NCBI GenBank assembly: GCA_013265495.1
Contig: MU057377.1
Location: forward strand, 372,001 to 436,000
Direction: 5' to 3'
Length of the DNA: 64,000 nucleotides
Source of the DNA: Vicugna vicugna
Taxonomy: Eukaryota
In this document: piece after piece, positions 1 through 11,719 of the stretch
Numbering within the stretch: the first letter of the stretch is position 1
Layout: every line of letters begins with the position of its first letter
Made by a program: the position numbers and the translations under genes
Notes under the pieces: generated by a model
The model's input: the letters and a program-made list of their open reading frames with translations, nothing else
Told to the model about the DNA's origin: nothing
Databases searched by the model: none

Positions 1-69
1 CTTTCTTATTTTCCCATTTAGCTGTGCTTAAATGTGTGCTCCTTTAAATTTAATCAGAGGCTCCTACAT

Positions 70-270
70 GGATGATGTTGGCTCCGACTCCCAGCTGGGC
101 TGTGAGCAGGCTGCACTTGCTTTTTGTGTCTTGGTTTTCTGATCTACAAAATGGGGTTAATAATAGTATTTACACCACAGGACTCTTTAAAGATTTAAGT
201 GAGTTAAGACACTAAGATGCTCATAACATTGCTTGATATATAAAGAACTTCTCAATACGTGTTGGCTGTA
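70..270 (+). mobile_element. MIR SINE fragment
   Basis: ttggttttctgatctacaaaatggggttaataatagta...aagatttaagtgagttaa. Confidence 0.65.
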
Positions 271-3200
271 ATTAAAAAGTAATAACCAAAGGAATTACCC
301 TCTAATGACAAACTCAAATAGCACGACCATCATTGAGAGAGACTATTAAGAAAGTGTGGGCATCTGGAGTGATCTACAAATTGCATAACTTTGCATAATG
401 AGAGATTTACCTGCACAGCACATTAGGCTGGACTCTCATTAGATTGTGCTCTTCAAGAGAGAAGGGGAAAAGCCTGTTTTATTCACCAATGCACATCTGA
501 ACCACAGCACAATGCCTGGCCCGCATTTGTTACTTGGTAATTCATTTTTGAATGAGTTGATTAATGACGACCTTTGTAAGGCAAGTAAAATTTTTACATT
601 GCATTTAACCTGGTCTAATCCAAAGCCCAAAGTGCTCTCCTAGTGTGTGTTTTCAGGTAAATCTACCCAACGTCAATCTTTGCCCACGGCCGTTTACGTA
701 CTGTCCATCTAGACCCTTGATTGGATCATATCGTGCTTATATTTTGCTCTGCTTGGATTGCTTTCATACCATCTTTGTTAATCCCAAAGTATTTCAAGCT
801 CTGTGAAGAGAGGGAACGTATCTCACCAGCTCCCACGGCACCTGCACAGTGCTGCAAAAACAAAACTAAATCGAACTGATTTACTAGTTGCATAACCATC
901 CTTACAGGTAGCAGAGGACTGACACAGGAGTTGCAGGCTCTCTTCTGATGCAAGTTCCATTTAACTGAACTAATGAAAATTTCAAACTTTTGTATTAGAA
1001 GCCATTTTACTTAGATTTGATTTTCACAGGGTTTAGAGAATATAGAAAATAATCAGCAAGCATTTAATTAAGAGGAATATTGAACAACTCATGAGTCACA
1101 ATCAAAGAAAAACATTCTTTTTCCTGCCCATTGTGCTTGCAGACATATTTAAGGCAGGATGAAATCTCTGGATAAAGTCTCCAGCAGACCCCAAGTCTTT
1201 TCTGTTCAGCCTTGAGTCATCGTCTTAAGATCACTTTTAAAAGCCTACAATCAGCAGAACGGCCAGTCCTGAAACCACAAGCTTCAGTGCAGTTTATGAC
1301 TGCATCTTCTTTCCTCGTCTGCTGGTCGACTTCAGGCCATCTTGGACAAGGGCTTGGAAGGCTTCCCTGCTCTTTCTTCCCTCCCTCCCACCTCCAGACT
1401 TCTATCTGAGTGTTAGAGGGTTCAGAAAGTTCCACCTGACGGCACTGGCGTAGGGCAGTCCCATGCACTGAGACTGGCTGAAGTGTCACGGTGACCGTTA
1501 GTCGAGGTCCTCGCATCCTCCTGGTCTCTTGCTCTGTGGGGCAGTCTCGCCTCTCCTTGGACCAGCGGCTCTCACGTTGCCCCGCCCCTCCCCTTCACTA
1601 TGGGTTCTCTGAGGCTTACTTGACCTCCACAGACTCTGCCCCATGGGGTTCCTGCACCTGCTGACAGGGACCAGGTACACTGGCCACTGACTGATGTTCC
1701 TCCCATGAGTCCCCAAAAGACCCCAGGGTCCAGGTGCCTCTGCTCCCCTGGGAGGGGGACACAGTCAGTTCCCCACCCCACCAGCAGCAAGTCCGTCCTT
1801 TCCCTCTTTCCTGCTCCCTCAGGCTGGGAGTCACGCCCTTTCATCTTTAGATTCCGCAGGTGGGTGAAGAATCTAGTCTATGTGGCCCATCCCCTCCTCT
1901 CCCCGAATTTAGGTGAGACCAGAGTTCTCCTTGAAGCAGCTCTCGCTCCCCATCGCGGGGTCAGAATGCAGCCTCCATCCATCCCCCGGCTTGGGGGCAG
2001 GGGCACAACTCCTGGGGCAGCAGCGAGTCTCTCCAAGGAAACCTCTTGACAGACACCCTCCTTCAGATTGCCTCTTAGGAATGTTCACACTCCCTCAAAA
2101 TGAGTAAACATTTAAGAAGCCTAAATTATGTCATCTGTCTTGATATGGACATTCATAGAGCACACAGTCGCTCTCAGAATCCACTCTGGTACCTAACAGC
2201 AACCATATTTTGACTCTTGGCTGAAAAATCAATTTACTGTTAAGTTAAATTTACAAACTACGTCCTCTGGACCCCACCGTCGCAGAGGACTGTGAGAGAT
2301 GCCAAGTCGGAGAGACAGACTTGGCCTCAACTTGCTTACAACACGGTGGGGTAACAGGACGCATGTCTATGAAGACAGAAAATACACTGTACACAGCAGG
2401 TTTCTCCATGAATGTGTGGATAATACGGGAGGATCAAAGTGGGGGGGGCATTGGGGAAAGTTTAGCCAAGTTTTAAGGAAAAAGCCCTGAATAAGAGATG
2501 ATCATAAATCTTCAGCAGTGAAAACTCAACATTTTAAATTAAATCAATAGACACACACTGATGACATAGCTAGCATGTATAAAATACCATGGACGGCGTG
2601 GCGCACACGCTGGTCCCGCCCTCAGTGAGTCTGATGGAAAGGCAAGACACATTTGTGAGAAATTAAACGACGGTGTAAGTCAGGGCAGCGCTGAAGAGAA
2701 AGCACTGAACAGCGCACGCGGGAGTCCGAGTGACTTGGTAAGCGGCATCCCGGTAGCTGTGCAGAGAGAGCTCTCCCGCCGGGCTGGGCTGGGAGGCTTG
2801 GTGGAGAGAGGATTCAGTCTCGGTCTCCATGAATGGCTGAGACCGACCAAGAGGTCTGCGGAAATAACTGACTAGAAAAAATTCTTCAGTGGAAAACCGT
2901 TCGGCCTTTAGAGTGAGTTTGGTGATCTAGTTGGCCTGGAAGATTTACGTCGGAAAAGCAAGTCAGAAAGATTGGAGAAAGCTAGACTGGAGAAGGTCTG
3001 GAAGCGAGGGAGCTTTTATTGTTTTGTTTTATTTACATTTATTTGTTTGTGTGTTTATGTGTGTATTTTCTGAAGGCCAATAAACTGGCAGCTGTCGGAT
3101 GGAGGAGCAACATGGTTTCTCGGAAGGACCAATCCCACGGGACTGTGCCCCAGAGTGCAGTGGGAGGAAACCAGAGACGGGAAGATGCTGCGCACTTACT

Positions 3201-4448
3201 AAAACTGTCCGCGCCTACGGTCTGTGGGCCTGAAGCCCGACATTTCTTTCCTGAGCGTTTGCGGCATCCTTCATCTGTCCCTGGTGGGCAAGGGAGGCCC
3301 GATGGTCACACGTTCTTTCCTGTTGCTTTACTGCATTTTTCCTTGTAATTCCTAACATTTACACATTTAATCTTTCACAAAAGAACTGCCAATCACTTGA
3401 CTATGTATTTCTTTAAATCTACACAGGGAAACTAGTTTTAAGTTTCGCCACCCTGGGGGAAAAGAAGAGAGTGAAGAGAAAGCCTGTATTTGGGTCAGTG
3501 GTCTAAAGGAAAGGTGTTGAAGAAAAGATACTGAAGTAGAGCGATACACAGTGACTTACACAGGCTTCTACCTGGCTTAACGTCAGCTCTGTGGGCATCG
3601 CTAGTGTAAAGTAAGGTTGGACATGTTTATTTGATGAACCTGGAAAACTAAAGCGGGAAGACTGGAATTTCTTTTATTGGCTGTGTGGCTCGTCCAAGGA
3701 CAGCAAGCTCTGCTGTCAGTCAGGATAAACGGATCAGGGGACATCGGCGGGATTACTTGCGTCACTCAGGCTCTTAACTGGGTGCTTCGGCCGACAGTGA
3801 ATTGCCTATTTATGTCCATGTATTTATACTGTGAGGTGGATTACTTGACGCTGACTGTTGTTTTGTTTATGAAGTCAGTTCACTTAATTAACTGAAAATG
3901 ATCACTTCCTTTTATTTTTCAAAAATTCTTTTAGTTGAATATCTGATTCCACGATACAGTTGTATTTCAAAAATAATCACGATGGGGAAAATTCTTATTA
4001 TCTGATGCAGCCTGCACTTACATCAGAATAAATTACATTAATGGAGAAGAAGGCCATAAATTTTAAGTTTATATAAATATCATTGGCTATTAAAATGACC
4101 TTTGTCTTATTCCCACCTTATTCAAAGTCATACATAATGAAACATCCAAGAGAAAATTATTTCTACAAAAACATATATGCAAAAAAGTAAGTTTCATCTT
4201 TCTCTGTTTTAACTGACCTAGGTGTTTAATTAACAGAAATTTTAAAATATTAAAATATAAAGACCAAGGGCTCAATGCATAAGTCCTTTCCTCATTACAT
4301 TGAGTAACATTCTCTTACTTAAAAGTTCTAATTTTCAGCTGGCAGTAATGCCTAATACAGCATTAACAGCAGTTGCTAAGTGAACATCTTAAAAACTCTA
4401 ACAACGTACTACTCAGCTTCTACAAGTGATAAGAAAAGAGCACGTTAC

Positions 4449-4500
4449 CTATGAGCATCGCCATTAAAATGTGAAGACCTTGTGTCCCGGCACCAAACAT
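4449..4500 (-). CDS. CRB1: CRB1-B alternative first coding exon (exon 5c), coding part; hydrophobic leader
   Basis: Minus strand reads ATG TTT GGT GCC GGG ACA CAA GGT CTT CAC ATT TTA ATG GCG ATG CTC ATA G|gtaacg = MFGAGTQGLHILMAMLI-G. This closely matches the recalled human CRB1-B N-terminus MFGARTHGFHILMAMLIG. The phase-1 donor has the same phase as the exon 5 donor, so it can join exon 6. Confidence 0.92.
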
Positions 4501-4770
4501 CTTTCTGCAGAAAAAGAGGTATCCATCCAGACACCTCTCAGGCCGACAGGACCAGTTTCTGATGCTTTTCTACCATTTCCAAGAGTGTGGGCTTGTCCTT
4601 CGGTGTCACCTTCTTCCTTCAGGCAGAGAGTGTGAGGACTTAGCTCGGTTCACACCCCCGCCCGGACCAGCCAGGCTTAGGGTAAGGCCGTGTGTGCCCT
4701 CGCCAAGCAGCCTTGTTTATTCTTAGCCCCTGCGTGACACCCGGGGCCTCGCTTTTATAAGTCACAGCAG
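4501..4770 (-). promoter_or_regulatory. Candidate CRB1-B core promoter and 5'UTR
   Basis: TATAAAAG on the minus strand at 4759-4752 implies a TSS near 4730. CTAAGCC (CRX/OTX-type) lies at 4680-4674 and a GC box (ccccgccc) near 4656-4663. The region sits directly upstream of the exon 5c ATG. The TSS is inferred, not observed. Confidence 0.6.
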
Positions 4771-5748
4771 TGAACGCTAGGTCGGTCGCACGCTGAACAT
4801 GGATGCTTTCATCACAGGGAAATGAGTTTGGGGGACCCTGCATGCAGATGGGCACTTTGGGTAACTTCTATTACTTGATCTTATTTTTTCTTCGTAACAT
4901 TGGAAATGCCGGGGTTTGGGGGATTTTTTTGGTTTTGTAACTTTTTTTCTGCTTTGCTTTTGAATGGTAGCTGAGAAATTCGTGGCAGCTTCAAATCTCT
5001 TCACTTATGCGTGGAATTGCGAAGGAGAAAGTAAAGAAAACAGCAGGGGTTTCAGTAGACTTAACGGATTGTGGCGAGAGTTATTTGTGTGATGCGTCCA
5101 GGCTTATATCCTACTCTCTGTGAAGGAATAACTAGATTTCTCCAAGATACAACGGTGTTTGACTGTGTACGGCAGGTGATGTGAAGAGGTGAGGCGTTGG
5201 GGACATACTTAAAGGACTTGGTGCTTTTTTTTCTTTTTTAAACATTTTCTGAGGGCGGAGCTGAGGATGTGCAGAAATTTCATCCAGGCAACACGGGCTG
5301 AGTGGTCCCTGAGTCCCGCAGGGCTGCCACGGGGCCTGAAATTCTTACCATTAGAGCAGTTTCTCTAGGTTGAGCCGTGTCTCTCGGACGCCTTGGAAAA
5401 GAGGCAAGTATCACCTGAGAGGTGGTGAGTACGTGACGAGGCAGGTGTCGGTGCCCGTCCAGGGACCAGCACACGCTCTTAGAACCCCGGCACGGAACCG
5501 AGTCAGGTCAGCGGCGCTGGAGCCAGGTGATGGGGCAGCAGGAAGGACGCAGGGCAGGAGACGCTGCACTTGTGCGCTCCTTCACTCGTTGATTGCTCTT
5601 CCTTTTAGCTGTGCTGGATGAATGTGCCTCACTCATTTATCAGTCACTCATCCTTTTAACAGCATTCATAGCACGGGGCATGGCTGCTTCCTCAGCATCC
5701 ACTCCTTTGATCTATTTTATTTTCACACGATTTTAAAAGTTTTGCTTC

Positions 5749-5770
5749 CACACACACACACACACACACA
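5749..5770. repeat. (CA)11 microsatellite
   Basis: Read directly from the sequence. Confidence 0.95.
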
Positions 5771-6119
5771 CTCCTGGACTGACGATTGTTCAGAATCATA
5801 CAGTAGCTTGGATAAAAACACTGCGCCCAGAGGAAGATCTGAGCCAGTCTGTCGTGTGAAAAGTACTCTGAGGTCCCTCAAACGGAAGACGAAACAGCGG
5901 TACAAGAGCCTCGCACGCAGGTCTGCGAGTCACTCGACTTCGCACTTCAAACATCGCACTTGGAAGCCCAGCGGAGAAAGGAAGGTGATTGTTGGTTATT
6001 TTCCGGACTTCCACGTAGAACACAGCAGTCCACGTACTCACTCCTGTCGTCTTTACTCTGAAAAGTCACTTCAGAGAAACTCGATCCAGGCCAGCCCGAG
6101 CGAGCCTAGCTGCCTCTGG

Positions 6120-6560
6120 TCAGTGAATCACCAGAAAGGGCTGTGCTGCCGCTGAGCCCTTTTCTCCCTCTTCTTGTCGCGGGGGACGCTCGGGCCCCGG
6201 GTTGCGGGGAGCTGCATGCAGCCCCCCCGGCCCGCGGCCCCGTCCTCCCCCCGGACTGGTGGCCCTTCTCTCTCTCGCACGCTCATTCAGGTTTCGCTCT
6301 GCACGGCCACGAAATGACGCCCGAGGCCGAGTAAGTTCCTGACCCGGCACGGGCTGACCCCCGCCTCCACAGGGCGGCTCCCGTGTTCGCGCGGCTCTGC
6401 CCTGGGCCGCCGGGGCTTGTCTCCGCGGCACCGGCTCAGACGCCGCCGCGCCGCCTGCTGCCTCCCGCGGGCCGCGCCCCCCGCCCCCGCGCCGTCAGGC
6501 TCGCAGGCGCGGCGGCCAACGCCCTGGCTTCCCAGCGCGAGGTGCTGTGCAATAGTCCTG
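6120..6560. other. CpG-island-like GC-rich patch about 1.4 kb upstream of the CRB1-B promoter
   Basis: Dense CG dinucleotides (e.g. cgccgccgcgccgcc, gggccgcgccccccgcccccgcgccg) within AT-richer flanks. Confidence 0.7.
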
Positions 6561-7026
6561 TGTCCTGTACGCTGTCCTGTACACGGGCCAGGATAATGTC
6601 TGCCTCTCGCATCCAGTGTGTGCAAGGCTGTCATACGTTTCCTGAGTTAAAGTAAACATGCATTCAGTCTTTTTCATGAATAAAAGGAGAGTCTAATGCA
6701 TCGGAGGGCGACTCTAGTCTTCAGGCCTCTGGACGTGGCGTTCACAGATGCCCGGAGCCTCCGTGAACGGACGCCTCAGGCCTAACAGTCTCCAGAAAGT
6801 GTCTGAAGTATTTTGGGATTTGTTATTATTGCATTCCCCCCGCCCCCGGGAGAGCATTCACAGTAGTGACTTTGAAATTTAATGTATCACTTAGTGGGGG
6901 TATGTGTTTTAAAATGCAGATTCCTAGGACAAAGGCCCAAATTTGGGTCTATAAAGGAACAGGCAGAACATCTTAGAAGATGGCACTACGGTCGTGCCAA
7001 GACACAGGAAAACGTGGTTCTTCTAC

Positions 7027-7491
7027 GTGACATAATAAAGCACATATATTTGGCCTCTACCCCCGGTGCCTGCACAGAGCTTCTGAGACCTGTAACCGCC
7101 TGAGGGATGGGGGTGGGAAGAGCGCCTGCACAGAGCCCCTACGTCCCTTGGAATATCCTGGATGACAACAGTGGCTTCTGCTCTAATGATGCAGTTTCTG
7201 GGGGGCTCCTGGGTGGCTTCACTATGGGGAGTGGCCACCAGAAAGATCAAGGTGAGATCAGAAGCTTGGAACTTCCAGCCCCAGCCCACATCCTCCAGGG
7301 TCACCAAAGTGACAAAGCCTCCATAAAAATTCCTGAACTCTGGGGGCCCGAGAACTGCCAGGTCAGGGACCACACCGAAGTGCCGGGAGGGTGGCCCGTG
7401 CGGAGAGGGGTTGGAGCACCTGTCACCACCCCCCTTGCCCGTTGCTTCTCTTCCATTTTGATGTTTCTGAGTCACGTCCTTTACAACAAAC
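7027..7491 (+). mobile_element. MER21-like LTR fragment
   Basis: atatatttggcctct..., ggccaccagaaagatcaagg...agaagcttggaacttccagcccc, aagcctccataaaaa and ggagggtggc follow the recalled MER21 consensus in order. Confidence 0.7.
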
Positions 7492-7494
7492 GAA

Positions 7495-10400
7495 AACGAA
7501 AACACACCGAACCAAAGTTTCTGGGATCGGCAAAAATAGTACCAAGAAGGCAGTTTCCAGTGATAAATGCCTACATCATATAAGAAGAAAGATCTCAAAT
7601 AAACAACCTAAACTTGCACTGCGAGAAACTAGGGAAAGGAGAACACACTCAGCCCAAAGTTTGCAGAAGAAAGGAAAGAAAGATTAGAGCCGAAGAAAAC
7701 AAAATGGACAATAAAAGCAACAGGAAAAAATTGATGAAACTAAGAGTTGGTTTTTTGAAAAGGTAAGCCAAATCGACAAACTCCCGGCTGGACCAACCAA
7801 GGGAAAAAGAGACGAGGTTCGAATACATGCAGTCAGAAACAAAAGAGCGGCCATCTGAGCCTCCGTCGCAGCCTCAGAGAAGGGGGAGACCTGCCACGTG
7901 TGACGACGTGGGCGAGCCCGGAGGAGCTCCACGAGGGAAGCGAGCCAGAGGCAGAAAGATAAACACCGCACGACCTCCTTCAATGTGGAGCCTGAAGTAG
8001 TCAAACACTCGAAGCAGAGAGTAGGGAATGGTGGTTTCCAGGGGCAGGAGTGCGGGGAGGGGGGCAGATATCAGTTGCAGGGCACAGAGTTCAGTTACGC
8101 AAAATGAGTAAGTTCTAGAAATCTAGAGCACAAAGCCTGGAGTCGTTAATACTGTACTCTATACACAGATTTTCTAACAGGATAGATTTTATGTTCACTG
8201 CTGTAGCAACATTTTAAAAATAATTGGTAAGAGGGTAGATCTCATGTTACATGTTCTTCCCACAATAAAAAACGTAAATGGTAAATAAAAAACATTTAAA
8301 ATGGCTGAAGCTGTTTTCAAAAGCAAGACTTGTCATAAAAATGCAATAAAAATAAATACCGTTTACATTTTAAAATTTAGAAGTAAAAAATAATAAAAGA
8401 TCAGAAGTGGTAGACAATACAGATGAAGGCAGAGATCAGTGACAGAAAAAGCATAATACACAGTTGAACTGAGAGATTCAAGAGCTATGGGTGTTTACTT
8501 CCGTGGAGGGAAAAAGATAAATAAGTTAATAAACAAGATAAATAAACAGATAATAAGTTTACTCAAGAAAAAAATTTAATTCAGAACAAATACAAACATA
8601 CTGTAAAAACAGGGACAAAATTAAAATATATAAAAGAATATCACTTATAATTTTAGAGTAATACATTTAAAAATCTGAGAACAATGTATCACTTCCTGGA
8701 ATATAAAAATGCTCAAACTTGACTAAATGAGGAACAGAGTAAGAGAACAGCTATGTCTGTATTGTTGTTAACAGCGAAAGGTTCAGGCACTAAACAGGTT
8801 TTTATAAATTAATAATAATCCCCCTGTTTGATGATCTCTTCCAGAGAAAAATGGAAATATATTCAAAGCGGTGTATTTACCCATCACAAAATCAGCATCT
8901 CAGTGTAAGATTATCCAAAAAAGAAGATTATAAACCAATCTTATTTATGTATGTTGATTCAATAGTACTATTGTAAATAAGATACCACATTTTTTTTCTA
9001 ATTTCCAGCAAACACTACTTTCAAGGCATGTGAGCAGAGTTAGCATCAACATAGTCCGTCATAGTGATGGTGTGCGTCTTTGATCTGATGTGATGAGGAC
9101 ATTTTACTTCTGGGGGCCTGCTTCAAAAAGCACTTTACCCCAGTTTCATCAAGAGAAAAACACCAGACAAGTCCAAATTGAAAGACATTCTACAAAATAC
9201 CTGACTAGTGTGCCACAAGACTGTCAAGGTCATCAAAAGTAAGGAAAGTCTGAGAAACTGTCACAGCCAAGAGGAGCCTAAGGAGACAAGACAATTAAAT
9301 GCAATTTGGTGTCCGGGATGGGGTCCTGGAATGGGAAAAAGGCATTATGGGGAAACCAAGGAAATCCAAATGAAGTACAGACTTTACTTAACAATGGTGT
9401 ATAGTAGTGGTTCACTAATTATGAAACATGTACCATACTAAGGTAACAGGTCGGTAACAGAGGAAACTGGGTGTGGAGTGCAAGAGAACTCTGTACTTAC
9501 TACCTTTGAAATAATCCGGGATGTGCAACATTGATCTAAAATAAAAAGTATATTTGTCATGCATTAAGGGAAATGCAAATTAAAACCACAATGAGGTAGC
9601 ACCTCACTCACTAAGATGGCTACTGCCATAAACAGAAAGTAGCAAGTGTTGGCAAAGATGTGGAGAAGTTGGAACCCCGTGCATTGTTGCTGAGAATGGG
9701 AAACAGTGCAGCCACTCTGGAAAACAATAAAAAATTTTAAAAAATAGAATTACTGCATAATCCAACAATCTTACTTGGGGTAAATGCCCCAAAGAATTGT
9801 CAGCAGGGTCTGAAAGAAATATCTGTACACCCATGTTCACAGGAGCATTCTTTATGGTAGTCAAAATGCAGTAGCCACCCAAGTGTCACCGATGGGTAGC
9901 TGAAGCGACAAAATGTAACACACAATCCATTCACACAATGCTCTATTATTCAGCCTTTAAATGGGAAGAAATTCTGACACATGCTCCTGATGCCTGAACT
10001 TGAGGACATTATGCTAAGTGAAATAAGCCAGTTGCAAGACAAGTACTGAATGATTCCAATTATATGAGGTTCCTGGAGCAGTCAAATCCATAGACACAGG
10101 AAATAGAATGCTGGCTGCCCGTGCCTGGCGGGGGCACTGGGGAGTTGTTACTGGGTGTGCAGTGTCAGTCTTGCCAGGTGACAGGCGTTCTGGACACTGG
10201 ACACACAACTGCATGAATGTATTCAACGCTGTGAACTGTCCGCTTAAAAGTGGTTCAGAAAATACATTTTTGTTACGTGTATTTTATCACAGTTAAAAAT
10301 AAACATAATAAAAAAGAGTTGAAGAAATCGTTTTGAAAATGTATTAAAGGAAGCAACTCAAAATTATGATCAGTCCAGAAACACAGATACGATTTAATCT

Positions 10401-10520
10401 TAGAAAACTTGTTAACAGCCGGCATCAAATACGTATAATGACAAAAACATGATTCTTTTAGTAGGTGATAAAAATCATTTCAGCAAACTCCAACCCATTG
10501 CTAGAAAATAGCATTCTGTG
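7495..10520 (+). mobile_element. Cluster of nested L1 fragments (ORF2 remnants and L1MA/MB/MC-type 3' ends)
   Basis: aaatgcctacatc...aagaagaaagatctcaaataaacaaccta (ORF2), gacattctacaaaatacctgac...gtcaaggtcatcaaaa (L1MC-like, about 9060-9550), gaaatgcaaattaaaaccacaatgag and gaggacattatgctaagtgaaataagcc (about 9555-10310). Confidence 0.85.
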
Positions 10521-11633
10521 GGAATAGTGAGATGGAAGCTCGCAAGGGCAGCACAGCCGGCACCTCTGTCTTTTACCAAACACGCACATGGTGGTGACAG
10601 ACTAAGGTGAAACCAGGAGCCCAGCCTGAGTTAGCACTCGATTACACGCAATTATAATTAATTAACACATTAGTTAATCTTGTCACATAATTACACTCAA
10701 ATATACCTGATGAGGTTTGTCAGCAGAGTTGGTCATTTTAAGAAGAGATGAAACAAAAATTGTAGCTGTTGGAAAGAAGAATTATTTGCAAACAAAATGT
10801 AATACTTTTTATGCAACATTTGAAATTGAGTCACTGCACTGGGCCCTGAACACTGGCTCATTTTTTCCTATTAACCTCTCTGAAGGAGAGACACACTGAC
10901 GCATTAGGAAGCTGAGTCTCAGAAAGGCTAAGTTCACACCGCTGGTAAGGGACAGAGTTCTCACTTGAATCTCTGTCCACAAAATCCTAAAGTGTTACTT
11001 TCTTTATTCATCGTGCTGCTCATTAAACTGCCACTCTGATTTACCAAGGCAGAGACTTCTCTGCAGAGCTACATAGTCCAACCAAACCACGTGTTGTTTG
11101 AGAGAGAGAGAGAGAGAAGAGGGAAAAACAGGAGAAGTACATCAAAATATGTCTGGGTGTGGGATTACAACTGTTTCCAGTTTTCCTCACTTTTTTCTGT
11201 ATTTTCCCAATTTTCTGCAATGAGTGTATTTTACTTTGCTTTAATTTAGAAAATGTAGCAGACATTGCATTTCGAAAAGCAAATACAAAAGTGTCCAAGT
11301 CTCTGGGAGTCAAATTTTAAAAAAGAAAACCTAAATCAGGGCTGAGTGAGTATCTGACTGAGAAATCTTGTACATCAGAGTGAGACTAAATGGAACTTTT
11401 CTTTCTTTTGTCTGCGTGGTTTATGGTTTACTCTGGAAGAAGAAAGCGGGACAGGTTTGCAAGAGCACTATAGGGACTCAAGAGCTTCGTGAGCTGCTTA
11501 ATGCTTCTGTTTTTAAAGTGGGCTTTGTTTATTCCATCATTTAAAATGATCTGCTTTGGTTTTTGCTGGCGGCTCCTGCTTTCAAAACCTCGGACCCACC
11601 TTAATAGACACTGTAACAGACGCTGTGAAGCAT

Positions 11634-11669
11634 GCAGCACCATCTAGTGGTAACTCCGGCTAACTGCAG
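11634..11669 (-). promoter_or_regulatory. CTCF motif with upstream module
   Basis: Minus strand CTGCAG-TTAGCCGGAGTTA-CCACTAGATGGTGCTGC: a near-consensus core plus TGCAG at the usual spacing. Confidence 0.7.
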
Positions 11670-11719
11670 AACCACCGCACCAATTCATTCATTAGTTCGT
11701 TTACTGCCCCCCCCCCCTT

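Noticed and set aside
1..4440. Search for CRB1 exon 6 (laminin G region)
   Set aside because: No long minus-strand ORF with EGF or LamG character is present, so exon 6 must lie outside the window.
5622..6155. 177-aa plus-strand ORF
   Set aside because: It runs through a (CA)n repeat (HTHTHT) and L2-like sequence and has no recognisable domain.
7023..7687. 191, 158 and 98 aa ORFs
   Set aside because: They span a MER21-like LTR and an L1 ORF2 remnant and encode no coherent protein.
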